Assembly (NCBI GenBank): GCA_951406725.2
Contig: OX597814.1
Location: 205,344,001 to 205,408,000, forward strand
From: Octopus vulgaris
Lineage: Eukaryota
DNA length: 64,000 nt
Direction of reading: 5' to 3'
The notes beneath the pieces are model-generated. The model was not told the origin of the DNA and made no database searches. It was given only the letters and a program-made list of their open reading frames with translations. This document shows positions 25,648 to 38,575 of the stretch, in pieces; positions within the stretch are counted from its first letter, which is position 1, and each line of letters begins with the position of its first letter. The position numbers and the translations under genes are program-made.

Positions 25648-26809
25648 TCTCAATATAATTAGTCGTAATTGTTTCTTACACACTGTTGTCTAAAACATGA
25701 CAATGTAATTATATTAATAGAGCTTTAGTTATAATCCCAAAGCAGTGAAACGTTATTTGTAATAACTTTGTGGATGGTGGATGGGTAGACGTTAGAGCAT
25801 CAAAAAGATTGTTGTGTGGCATTTATTCCATCTCTTTACGTTTTGAGTTCAGATGCCGCTCTGCTGATGGTATGCACGAACGTCTTCCCCTCAAAATTTC
25901 TGCCCTTCTGCATAAATTACAAGCCATATATACAGAGTGCCTCATAAAGCCTGGTTACATTTTAAAAGCAAGCAAACAGATTGGAACATAAATGGACCAG
26001 TGCCAACACTCTTGTAAATTACAAATGAAAAATGTTCCCCATCAATATTAGTAATTATATCAAGGCAGCGAGCTAGCAAAATCGATAGCATGCTGGGCGA
26101 CCTGCCTAGTGGCATTTCGTCTGTCTACGTTCTGAGTTCAAATGCTACTGGGGTCGATAAAATAAGTACCAGTTGATCCCTAGGTTTGATGTAATTGACT
26201 TAGCTGCTCCCTGAAATTGCTGGCCTTGTGCTAAAATTTGAAACTAATATTAGTAACTATAAGAATATCCATTTATTTAAATGAGATTATCTTCTTTCGT
26301 CTGCTCCAAGTTGTTTCTATGCTTGTTTATCCAACTAATTATATTAGTCATCATTAGCAGTGTGGATTTCTAATATTTAAAAAAAAAGTATTTTGATTTG
26401 GCTTTAGCTTCTTCAAGGAGAACCTATACATGATCACTTAACAAGCTAGTAACGAGAGCCAAATTTCTCTCATACTGTATTGAGTCATCTTAAAAACGAG
26501 GAAGGACACATTAGATAATGTAGTCCTGGATAGCCCTAAAAATGAGATGGTCATAAGTGGATCATTATTGATCATAAGTTTGCTCAGTCAGGGCTGATCT
26601 GAGACTAAACAGCAACATCAACATGATAAATAAGGGTTTTGATGATAAAGACCAGACCATTAAGAATGTCATATTATACACACACACACACACACGAACA
26701 ATCACCATGTCTCTCTCACTATTGCTCTCTTTATCATATCTTACTCACTAGTGTGCTGCCCGGGGCAGCCCTTTCGTTTACCACCCCTGGACCCCACAAA
26801 AAACACATA

Positions 26810-27954
26810 TTGCCTACAACAGACCCATACATAGGTCTTTCAGCAGCCACTCTGTTGACCCAGGGCAGCACTACTTCCTCCAGGCACTTGATGTAGGCCT
26901 CTGTGTTGAGTCTGAGGCCATGTGCAAAGATGAATGGAGGTGTAGTGATGCTGCTGTGTAGGGTTCGGCGCGCATGCGCAGAATGGGACTACTTCCGGGT
27001 GGCCACCGGAAGTCTTCCCCATGCGCATGTGCGGGAAAACATCTCTCGAGCCCGCGAACCTCAAATCTCTCTCTTCGGCTCAAGACAGCACTGCGATCGG
27101 TCACGAATTCCTGGCTCTGACTTCTGCGCATGCGCGCCGAACCCTACACTGCAGCACCACCACAATATTCTTGTTGCCATACTTCGCACTCGGAGGGGAG
27201 CCCTGTAGTGATGCTGCTGTGTAGGGTTCGGCGCGCATGTGCAGAATGGGACTACTTCCGGGTGGCCACCGGAAGTCTTCCCCATGCGCATGTGCGGGAA
27301 AACATCTCTCGAGCCCGCGAACCTCAAATCTCTCTCTTCGGCTCAAGACAGCACTGCGATCGGTCACGAATTCCTGGCTCTGACAGCCACACGACCAGCA
27401 ACCAACTTCAACGACCAACACCAGCAGTATATCAGAGGCTGTCTTTCTCCCACCAGACAACGTACAACCATGAATCAATAAACCCAAACTATTGTCTGTT
27501 CACCCTTAACCTGAGTTCGTCTGTTTGTTTTTCTGGAAGAATTTCATATGTGACTAGAAAGGATCTCGACACCCTTCCAGTGCTTCGGTGATAGATCCTT
27601 ACCCGTTACAGAGGCATAATGTCGCCATCACTAGTGATCACTCCAAACACCATGATGTCAGCTGGATGTTTGATTTTTACCACTCTCTGTACATGTTTTA
27701 GGGACACAGCAAGCCAATGGTTGTTCTGTGTGTTCACCATCTGTTCATATTGGAGCTTCTAGCATGAATGCTAAGCAGTACAGCATATCATTTCCAAATT
27801 TCTGACAGAGTGAAATGTGTAATGGTGCTGTTTTTCTCACAGACAGTGCCCAACTGACCCTCTTTTACTGTGTAGTTAATAAAATCAAAAACAAACAATA
27901 TGCACATATAAAATAAAAAATATAAAATGGTGACAATTTATCCATTGCATCCTG
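26810..27954 (-). mobile_element. Internally deleted Tc1/mariner element interrupted by an LTR insertion
   Basis: Removing 26941-27610 and one GAGG restores KHPADIMVFGVITSDGDIMP|PFIFAHGLRLNTEAYIKCLEEVVLPWV; TIR-like end at about 27925-27954. Confidence 0.8.
26941..27610 (+). mobile_element. Rearranged LTR element: partial LTR, inverted LTR end, PPT and a full 407 bp LTR
   Basis: TGTA...TACA termini; GAGG 4 bp TSD (26937-26940 and 27611-27614); 181 bp direct repeat 26941-27121 / 27204-27384; PPT-like GGAGGGGAG before 27204; AATAAA at about 27477. Confidence 0.85.
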
Positions 27955-28221
27955 GATATTATATGTGGCCAATACCTGTGTCAGCTGACTGGCATGTAAA
28001 AAGCACCCACTATACTCTGAGCATGGTTGGAATTAGGAAGGGCATCAAACTGTAGAAACCTTGCCAAATCAGATTTGAGCCTGGTACAGCATCCCAGCTT
28101 GCCAGTCCTCAATCAAACTGTTCAACTCACGCCAGCATGGAAAACAGAGGTTAAACAACAACGACATTGATGATGATATATATATATACGTGGCTCTTCT
28201 TGACACCATTACTTCTCATAA

Positions 28222-28267
<46 letters not shown>

Positions 28268-28786
28268 CATACAGGATATCATTATGTTTTATTGATAATC
28301 CAAGTGTATTCCACCTCTTGCTACCAGTTCCAAAATTAACATTTCATTGATATTCTACCCTCTTTACAACAACAAGAATAGCAACAAAGACATTTAGTAA
28401 ATGTTGTAATTTGTCAGTAACACAATTCTTATCTCAGTTGGATATCTCATGGCACCGTAATAATAGTTTCAAGAAAGGTTATTTAACTACCCACCCTATT
28501 TAGTAATTTCTTATATGATGCTAATAACTCCCTTCCCCAGAATTCTACAACATAAAACATACTTTTGATGAGATGAACCACCAAATACGCAATGATAAAT
28601 TACATTATCAGGATGTACACAACATTACAGGAAGTTTGAAAGTTACCTTGTGGAGGGGACAGAGCAACAAATGGTTTGACTAGGGAGCCTCTATCTGAGC
28701 TTAGAATCTGCTGAAAATAGCAGCTAAATGTCTTTCTCATGACATTCTTGGAATACAGGGCTACTGGGCCTCTGTGAGAAATTTAA

Positions 28787-29006
28787 TCTTTTTGATACCA
28801 ACCCAGCTGAAACTGGCTCTAGCTCTGAGTACAAATGTCTTGTTTACATAAGTTCTGAATTAAAATCTTCCTCTAAACCTTAGTCACAATTTATGTTCCT
28901 AACACTAGCTGAATGATAACTAAGTTATTTTACTAATTTCTTTGTTATATTTAAAGTAATTGAATGAAACACAAAGCATCTCAAAATAAATACAGTAATG
29001 AAAGGG
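28787..29006. mobile_element. Possible piggyBac-type MITE
   Basis: Flanked by TTAA on both sides; right end AAAGGG, left end degenerate (TCTTT). Confidence 0.4.
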
Positions 29007-32000
29007 TTAACCATACAGAACTGGTATGTTTTCAGATCCCAGGAAGGAACCTATAAAAATTCTAGAAGGCTGTAAGGTTGGTTTTTTTTTTTTGTTTTAA
29101 AAAGGAAGGGTCCTATTGATATTCATGGTGAACTTGAACTCTGATAGATCCTCTTTGGTCTGCTTAATCAGGACTGCCTTGGAGCTAAGAATAGATTCTA
29201 CAACAGCAATAACAACAACAAGTCAATAAGGGAGCTTGTACATGATTGCTCAACTTGCTAGAAATAACAGCTAAATATTCCTTTAATCACTACTATCACA
29301 TCTCAGAAAGTAGATAATATGGTTCTAGACTCTTTGAGTATAAAAGATATGAAATGTCTTTGAGCATAGGTCTCCTTGATCAAGGCCTCACCTGGGGTTA
29401 ACCAATGCCAAATTAATAAAATGTTTAAAACAAGATTCACTGCCATCTCCATAGTCTACAGTTTATAAAACTTTCATGTTGTCTGATCTCATTAGAGTTA
29501 TCAACCTTGAGTTAAGCTTTTAAATTTTAAATGTCTAGAGGGACATTTTCTCTACTCATTGCTTGGATAATCCCTGTTAATTGAAGTTATTGAACACAGC
29601 TATATGTGAGATCCTACTATTTGTAGCAAAATATTATGAGATTAACAGTGAACTAATCAATATAGTAGAATTACTAAATTCCAATAAGACTATTTTTTAA
29701 TACTGTTTATTTGACTCTCATTACAATATATTCATGTACTCTTAAATTTATAACTCACCTTATAATAGTAACCTGGTAGTTATTGTATGGTTTTTAACCT
29801 TGTACCATTATGTAAACTTATGTACCCCTTCCGCTCTCATGGAGGACATTAAATGAGGATGATGACGATGATGATGACAACGACGATGATGAGTTTATGT
29901 CTTGACAATTATTTACATTTTAATTTTCAAAAAATACCCTTCAGCTACTATCATTGGCAGATTGAGAAAGGAAATTGAGCAAATCCCAATGAATTCTTAA
30001 ATGATAATGAAATCAGTCAGTTTGGTTCCTATCTGAAGCAGCGTGTGTGTGTGTTGGTAATGTGTGGTGTGTGTGTGTGTGTGTGTTGGTAATGTGTGGT
30101 GTGTGTGTGTGTATGATAATCTTAGACACCAAACACCTCTTACAACTTGTGTCATACGTCACAAAACTTGAAAGACAATATATGGAATTGAAAGGCATAT
30201 GCTAGTTCACAAAAACATTCCCTCAAAATCAGATTCCAAAGGGCAAAGATATAGAAGAAACTTGAATATCTGTCACTTGTATTTTAAAACCTGTCAGTCA
30301 GCAGCTGGTCTTAAAAGTCATCTAAGGGCTCATCAACGGAGTGATTGTGCTGTGTGATTGATGGAGTGTGGTGTGTGTGTTGATGGGATGGTTATCATCT
30401 GTCAAGATGAAGCAATCATCATCATCATCATCATTATCATTTAACGTCTGCTTTCCATGCTAGCATGGGTTGGACGGTTCAACTGGGGTCTGGGAAGCCA
30501 GAAGGCTGCACCAGGCCCAGTCTGATCTGGCAGAGTTTCTACAGCTGGATGCCCTTCCTAACACCAACCACTTCATGAGTGTAGTGGGTGCTTTTTACGT
30601 GCCAGATGAGGCTGGCAAACGGCCATGATCGGACGGTGCTTTTTACGTGCCACCGGCACAGAGACCAGATGAAGCTGGCAACGGCCACGATTGGATATAT
30701 TTATGTTTGATAATAGCTAATATAAGTGCTGGTTTGTTGGTTGGTTAATTTCTTTACATTCTATAGAAAGGGGTGAGAGAGAGTAAAAAAAAGATACAGA
30801 GAAAATTAACATATGAGGTGTAGGATGAATGCAAGTATTAAGCTTGGTGGCAGGTAGTGAGTAAATGTACACCCATGTGTACACGTACACACATGTATAC
30901 AAAAAGAGTCAGTGTTGCAGTTTTGTTTTGACTCTTAAGAACCCATCTGTTTCTAAGTAGGACACCAATAAACTGAGTTGATCTGACTTCATGGTTCCTT
31001 CTATGGTGGGGAGTTGATGGTAAGATATAAGGTACTAGTGGAGTGCATAATTAGCCAGTAGTTTCTAACAGTGTGGAACGAGAAACTTAACAGGAACATA
31101 TGTTTTCATACAGAACAGAAAATGCCTTGCAACTCGCATTTTTTTACAAACATTTCTTTGAAAATGCAGATTAGCTACGTTTCTGGTTTAGTTAAATATA
31201 GTTTAACAAGTCTGGTATAAAATTGTCAGATACAAGGTTATAGATGTTCAGAAAGGGAACACTTTGTTAAAGTTAAGACTGGGATTTATTTTATTGACAC
31301 CCAGAGGGATGAGAATCAAACTTGACTTTGCAGAGATTGATCATAAAAGGATATAACAACTTAGTATAAAGTATTTTGCTTGATGCTCTACTGGTTCTGT
31401 CTATCTACATATACTTCAAAGTACAATATTTTTACTCTGTTACTCTCTTACCTGCTTCAGCTCAATAGCTGTGACCATCACTGTTGAGAAACAATATAAT
31501 AATAGTATATCAAATCATCATGTCATATGATAAGAATGATAAGGTGTGTTATTGCAAGTGTGTGTGTTCTTGTGTACTCATGTCTAGAATTCACATGATG
31601 GTTGTAACTGGGCATCATCATGCAAACAAGGTTGTTCATTCTCAGTCTTCCTTGGAAAACTTGTCTAGCTATGTGGAAAAATGTATTACTTGGAAACAGA
31701 AAGGGCATCCAGCCATAGAAAATCTGCTTCAACAAATTCTGTCCAACTCACTGGAGCATGGAAAAGTGGGTGTTAAATGCTGTTCTGCTATATTTTTGTT
31801 TATATATTACCTATCAACACTCATTTCGCCACTTCCTCTTCCCTCTTTATCAGCACACGCACGTACACACATGAGTACACACACACACACGTGCACACAC
31901 ACACACACACACACAAAGTTTGCTCCTCCCTTTCCCCTCCCCTATGTGCTCATTCTGGACAAAACTTAGATGAGAAAAGTCTTAATGGTCCTCATGAACA

Positions 32001-32353
32001 CATTTACTTGTTTTCTCCTCTTTGCATTCCTTATTCTGTCTTACCTTTTCTCTTTCTCCTTCTTTCATTGTGTGTTTGTGTTTGTTAAGACTGGTCCCTC
32101 TAATAGTGATAAGCATTATGTGGTGGTCATGCCCTGTAAGGTGGTTGGCGTTAGGAAGGGCATCCATTTCTAGAAACCATGCTACATCAGACTGGAGTCT
32201 GGTGCAGCTCCCCAACTTGCCTGCTCTAGTCAAACTATCCAGCCTATACCAGCATGGACAATGGGCATTAAATGATGATGATGATGATGGTGAGAAGGAT
32301 GATATAATATGTGTGTGTATGTGTGCAAGTATATAGTATATATATAGTAGTAT

Positions 32354-33355
32354 ATCATCATCATCATTGTTTAATGTCTGTTTTCCATGCTGGCATAGGT
32401 TGGACAGTTTGACTGAGGTCTGGAGAGCCAGTGGCTGCACAAGGCTCCAATCTGATCTGGCAATGTTTCTACAGCTGGATGCCCTTCTGAACACCAACCA
32501 ATCTGAGAGTGTAGTGGGTACTTTTTACATGCCACTGCCATGGGAACCAGTCAGGCAATCTCGGCATCGATCATGTTTGGATAGTGCTTTTTACGTGCCA
32601 CTGGCATGGGAGCCAGTCAGGCAGACCTGGCATTGACCACGTTCAGATGTTGCTTTTTTGCATGCCACCGACACAGGAGCCAGTCAGGGGACACTGGCAT
32701 TGACCACATTTGGATAATGCATTTTACATACCACCAGAATGGGAGCCAGTCAGAGGGCACTGGCCATAGCTACGATTTTGGTTTTATTTGACTCAACAGG
32801 TCTTCTCAAGCATATCATAATGCCCGATGCATTAAAGGTACTCTCAAATGAGCCAGACATGCAACACTGGCATCGGCCATGGCTGCGATCTCATCTTAGT
32901 TGCCAGGTCTTCTTAATCACAGCATATCTCCAAAGGTCCTGGTCCCCTGTCATTGCCTCTGTGAGGCCCAATGTTTGAAGGTCATGCTTCACCACCTCAT
33001 CCCATGTCTTCCTGGGTCTACCTCTTCCATAGATTCCTTACACAGTTAGTGTGTGGCACTTCCTCACACAGCTGTCCTCATCCATATGTAACCCATGACC
33101 ATACCAACACAATCATCTCTCTTGCACACCACATTTGATGCTTCTTATGTCCAGGGTGCTTACACTCTGTCATGTATGCACACTGACATTAAACATCCAC
33201 CGGATCATACTAGCTTCATTTCTTTCAAGCCTATACATGTCCTCAGCAGTCATGGCCCATGTTTCACTTCTGTGTAGCATGGCAGTTTGCACACATTCAT
33301 CATACAGTCTACCTTTCATCTTGAGCGAGGGGCCCTTAGTTGCCAGAAGAGGTAG
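32354..33355 (-). mobile_element. 5'-truncated RTE LINE (ORF2 C-terminus and 3' tail)
   Basis: KGRLYDECVQTAMLHRSETWAMTAED, homologous to 39643-39888; (CAT)n tail. Confidence 0.85.
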
Positions 33356-33683
33356 GAGCATACACACACACACACACACACATAAAATGTATATATTTGT
33401 ATATGCATGTGTGTCTATGTATATTTGTGTCTATATATATTATGTTGATATGTGTGTTTATATAGGTATATGTATATTTTTACTGATAGAGCTAATTACC
33501 ATTTCTCCACATCTGAGTATACCTATCCTTGTACACATTCTAAAATTAATTTTATTCTAATTACGGGAGAAACTCCTGGATTTCATCCCCCACATACATG
33601 TATACTTTCTCATCCATAATGCTTTTCTGTGTATATGCATAAATGTAATCGTTTTCCCAAACAGATTGCACTCCATGTTTGAA

Positions 33684-33762
33684 GCTCCAAAGAAGCTATA
33701 AGGTGTTACTTAGGCACTCAACTTGGAGTCCACTGCATCTAGTAGCAGAAACAGCTGTAAGC
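33684..33762 (+). ncRNA. Decayed hammerhead-like motif (Penelope pLTR remnant)
   Basis: GCT-CCAAAGA-A-GCTA...TAGC-A-GAAAC-AGCT-GTA-AGC. Confidence 0.5.
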
Positions 33763-33842
33763 TAAAGAAGTTCATAAGATAGTTGCTTATTCCTTTGTTA
33801 TTTCATTTTCTTACACACACATACACTCATGCATGAATATAT

Positions 33843-34180
33843 TGCCTCAGTAAAGCTGGACTTAAGAGCCATCTTCGTAGTCATAAAGCAAGACAGATGA
33901 GTGACAACCTGGCCACTGGTGGTGGTGTAACACACCATACTAATCATATCTGTCGGGCATGTGGAAGAGAGTGTAATTCGGCAGGAGGACTTAAATGACA
34001 TGCAAAGGTACATGAAGCCCAGTTACAACTACATCTGGCTATTACCAGTAAAGGTTTTAGTTGCCAATTCTGTACAAGACATTGTAGATCTTTAGCTGGG
34101 CTAAAAAGTCACATTCGATCACAGCACCAGTAACAGTTAAGCTTCGTGCAATGGCCATACTCGATAACGAGGGGGCAGCC

Positions 34181-34185
<5 letters not shown>
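33843..34185 (+). mobile_element. RTE-type LINE 3' end encoding three C2H2-like fingers (one partial, one with an internal stop)
   Basis: CLSKAGLKSHLRSH...CRACGRECNSAGGLK*HAKVH...CQFCTRHCRSLAGLKSHIRSQHQ*; short 3' UTR hairpin, then (TA)n. Confidence 0.7.
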
Positions 34186-34228
<43 letters not shown>

Positions 34229-34874
34229 AGAGAGAGAGAGGGTCTATAGGTAAGACCCAGAGATGCTCAGTATAGAAAACACATAGCAGTGCTCTAGTGA
34301 TTTGAACTTACACTTTGAAATCTTTGTTCAGAACTAAATCCACAGGGTGAAAAGTGGCTATAAGAGGAATCTGAGTGAGCTGATATGGAAGACAGTGATA
34401 CAAATACACAAATCAACATGTTTGGGCCTTGATATATAAAATATGCATATAGACCCAAGAAGACATGGGGCGAACTAGTGAGAAATGATCTTCAGATGTT
34501 GGGCCTCATAGAGGGGATAACAGGGGACCAAGACTCTTGGCAGTTTGCTGAGCTTGAGAAGACACATCAAGCTAAATAAAATAGGGGTTCTCCTTGCATA
34601 CGGGCATGTTTTTCTGTATCCCTCTTCAGTTGAGCATTTTTAATCTTGTAGGCTTGTGGGTGCTGGTACCATGCAAAAAGCACTCGTACCAGTGCTGTGT
34701 AAAAGCACCCGCACACTCTGTAAAGTGGTTGGCATTAATTAGAAAGGGTATCTAGCTGTAGAAACTATGCCAAAACAGACATGGAGCCTGGGCAGCTCTT
34801 TGGCAGGCCAGCCTGTCAAACCATTCAATCCATGCCAGCATAGAAAATAGATGTTAAGTGATGATGATGATGAT

Positions 34875-34922
<48 letters not shown>

Positions 34923-35016
34923 ATCTAAACAAGAAAGCACAAAAAAACACAACAACGCGAGGACATGGAACAAATATAGCATTATTGGACGCTCAGGAAA
35001 GAAGGAAAGAAGGAGG

Positions 35017-35051
35017 GTTTAACGTTTCGAGCGGAGCTCTTCGTCGGAAAC
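35017..35051 (-). ncRNA. Minimal hammerhead-like motif (U4C core) in a Penelope-pLTR-like repeat (about 34920-35110)
   Basis: Minus strand GTTT-CCGACGA-A-GAGC-TCC-GCTC-GAA-ACGT-T-AAAC. Confidence 0.6.
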
Positions 35052-36052
35052 ATAGGAGAAGGAAAGATCCAGAGAAGGGAAGACAGAGGAAAAAAATCGC
35101 CAACGGTACACACACACATATATATATATATATATGAGAGGGAGAGAAATAAAAACCAAAAATATTCAGAAGATGAACACTCATGTATAAGCATTTAGAT
35201 ATTTATATATTTAGAGAACAGATTTACATGGAGTACAAAAGATGTAGAAAACTAAGAGAAGAGGGCATTGTAATTCTTCAAGAAGAAAGATTGATGTTGA
35301 TGGAGCTGGATGTTGAAATGAAATGCTTCAAAAGGTTTCAGGGACCAGCTAACATTGTGGAGATATGTTGTCTAGTTTAAAGAACTTAATGATCTACATG
35401 GACTACTTCATACTAATTGCCATCAATCTGGCTAATGATGAAGATAATAAGGTGGGTGGAAGACGTGATGGGATCTTGTAAAATGCCAGGCCTGGACATT
35501 TTAGAGAACACTGTTGACATGTGTGTATATGATATAAGACTGGGAAGAAAATATATGATGAAGGGGATTACTTCTTAGTGTAATCTCTTATGAAGGGGAC
35601 TTAGGTTAGGAAATCATATTCTTGTACTCTTCAGCTCTGAACCTTTTTCTTCCCTTGCTTTTTGTGTATGTATGTAGGCATGCATACATAGGGAGAGGAA
35701 AAGGAGGGGAGAAAGTGAGAGAGAGAGTGAGAGGAGGGAAAAGAGATGGAGAGCAGAGCAAGAAGGAAACAAGAGTCTGAAAAGAAGTGAAAGTAAAGGA
35801 CGTGAGGAGACTTATCGTAAGCATTAGATGTAGTGAAAGATAAATATACTCACTCCTCTCTCTCTCTTTCTTTATGTGTGTATGTGTGCATATGTTAGTG
35901 TATAATTGTCTCCTTGTCTAGTTGCCTGTCTAGCCATATGTTTTTATACACGCAACTATAAATAAACACAAACATAGATGTACAAACGTAAAATACATAG
36001 CAATATAAATCTGTATATAAGTACACAATCATACATATATGTATGTATATAT

Positions 36053-36441
36053 ACTCTTTACTCTTTTCAGTCATTTGACTGCGGCCATGCTGGAGCACCG
36101 CCTTTAATCGAGCAACTCGACTCCGGGACTTATTCTTTTGTAAGCCCAATATTTATTCTGTCGATCGCTTTTGCCGAACCGCTAAGTAACGGGGACATAA
36201 ACACACCAGCATCGGTTGTCAAGCAATGCTAGGGGGACAAACAGATAGACAAACACACACACGCACATATATATACACATATACGACAGGCTTCTTTCAG
36301 TTTCCTCTACCAAATCCATTCACAAGGCTTTGGTCGGCCCGAGGCTATAGTAGAAGACACTTGCCCAAGGTGCCATGCAGTGGGACTGAACCCGGAACCA
36401 TGTGGTTGGTAAACAAGCTACTTATCACACAGCCACTCCTG
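36053..36441 (-). mobile_element. tRNA-derived SINE (family A)
   Basis: Reverse-complement homolog of 4659-5060. Confidence 0.85.
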
Positions 36442-37632
36442 AGACTGAAACACATGATCATATATACACACACACACACTTTACTCCACACAAGGACATA
36501 TGGAGACACAAGCCCACACATATAGAGATGCACATCCATACATACAAACATGGTACATAGTTGCAAAACACACACACAAGGACATGCACACATATAAAAA
36601 ACTTACACATACATGTATGTTTTAATGTGAACTATATAAAATATAGTCGGTGTGTGTGTATGTGTGTATTGGTGTATATATGTATGCATGTATATATGTG
36701 TACATATTACATGTACAACTATATATATATATACATCTACACATACATGTACACATATACATCTATATCTATAGAAATACCTCTATACATATACATGTAT
36801 ACATATACAGCTATACATATACATATATATATATACATGTATATATGTATATATAAGCAATAATAAATCTCTGAATGAGGTATAAACAGTAACTGCACGA
36901 CAATGTGCGGTATACTATGCCATCTCAATATGGCTAACCACTAAGGGTGGGTGTTACTGTAGCTTGTAGCCCCAGGAGAACATCTCCTCCAGCTGGCTTT
37001 AGGCACACTTTCTGTGCTCTTATGGTATTTGCAAAGGGAGGTCATCCTTCCCTCGTCAACCTAAGTGATACGCACGGACTGCATATGGAGACACACATAT
37101 AGAGATGCACATCCATACATACAAACATGGTACATAGTTGCAAAACACACACGCACACAAGGACATGCACACACATGGAGATAGAGGTGCATACCTATAC
37201 AACCACATGCTCACACATACATAGAAAATACACAAACGTGGAAATACACAAACGTGGACATGCAAGCATATGAATATGCAGGATACATACATAGAGATGC
37301 ACACATATATATATATACATATGCATACACACACATATATATGTACATACATACATACATACACACATACATACGTACATGCATGCATAGGCACACACAC
37401 ACACACACTGACCCACACACATACGCACAAACAAACAAAATGGAATGCAGTGTAAATGACGGACAGAGTCAAGACTATTGAAAAGGTTGCAAGATGCAAC
37501 GAGAATTTTAGAAAAATAAAAAGAAGAAATAAGTGGAAATTTTATCAGTGAGTGTGTTAAATTATAAGGCACAAAAAGAAAATGACTCTCCCCAGACATA
37601 ACAGAATATGTGTATATATACAAGTATATATA

Positions 37633-37737
<105 letters not shown>

Positions 37738-38008
37738 TATATGTGTCATCATTATCATCATCATTGTTTAACGTCCGTTTTCCATGCTAGCATGGGTTGG
37801 ACGGTTCGACCGGGGTCTGGGAAGCCAGGAGGCTGCACCAGGCTCCTGTCTGATCTGGCAGCGTTTCTACAGCTGGATGTCCTTCCTAACGCCAACCACT
37901 CCGTGAGTGTAGTGGATGCTTTTTACATGCCACCAGCACAGGTGCCAGGCGAGGCTGGCAAGTGGCCACAATCGGTTGGTGCTTTTACGTGTCACTGACA
38001 CGTGTGAA

Positions 38009-38075
<67 letters not shown>

Positions 38076-38083
<8 letters not shown>

Positions 38084-38323
38084 GTTGTATACTGTCATTC
38101 TAACAAGAACGTGACAGTAGGGGTACACCACCACTCTATAGCCTTGGGAAGCATCGAACGCCTCCTGATAGCTTTGACACATTTTTTCCCTGTGTCCTTA
38201 TAAAAAAAAAAAAAAATGTGTCAAAGCTATCAGGAGGCGTTCGATGCTTCCTAGGGCTATACAGTGGTGGTGTACCCCCTACTGTCACGTTCTTGTTAGA
38301 TTGACAGTATACAACCATTCTAT
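38076..38323. repeat. Inverted repeat with ~110 bp arms and a short A-rich spacer
   Basis: GAATGGTTGTATACTGTCA...GATAGCTTTGACACATTTTTT mirrored at 38211-38323 with few mismatches. Confidence 0.9.
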
Positions 38324-38373
38324 CACCCCACCACTGTACATGTCTCTACGAGAGATTTAGAAATTCAATATTT

Positions 38374-38419
<46 letters not shown>

Positions 38420-38477
38420 TATATATATACATATGTGTATATATATATATATTGTATATATATTAGTATATATATAC

Positions 38478-38531
<54 letters not shown>

Positions 38532-38575
38532 TATATATACATATGTGTATATATATATATACATATAGCCTAGTC

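Noticed and set aside
26840-27591. Overlapping ORFs in the GC-rich patch
   Set aside because: By-products of GC-rich LTR sequence; only the flanking mariner frame is meaningful.
33843-34133. Host C2H2 zinc-finger gene
   Set aside because: No TGEKP linkers, an internal stop, 5' truncation and a LINE-like tail.
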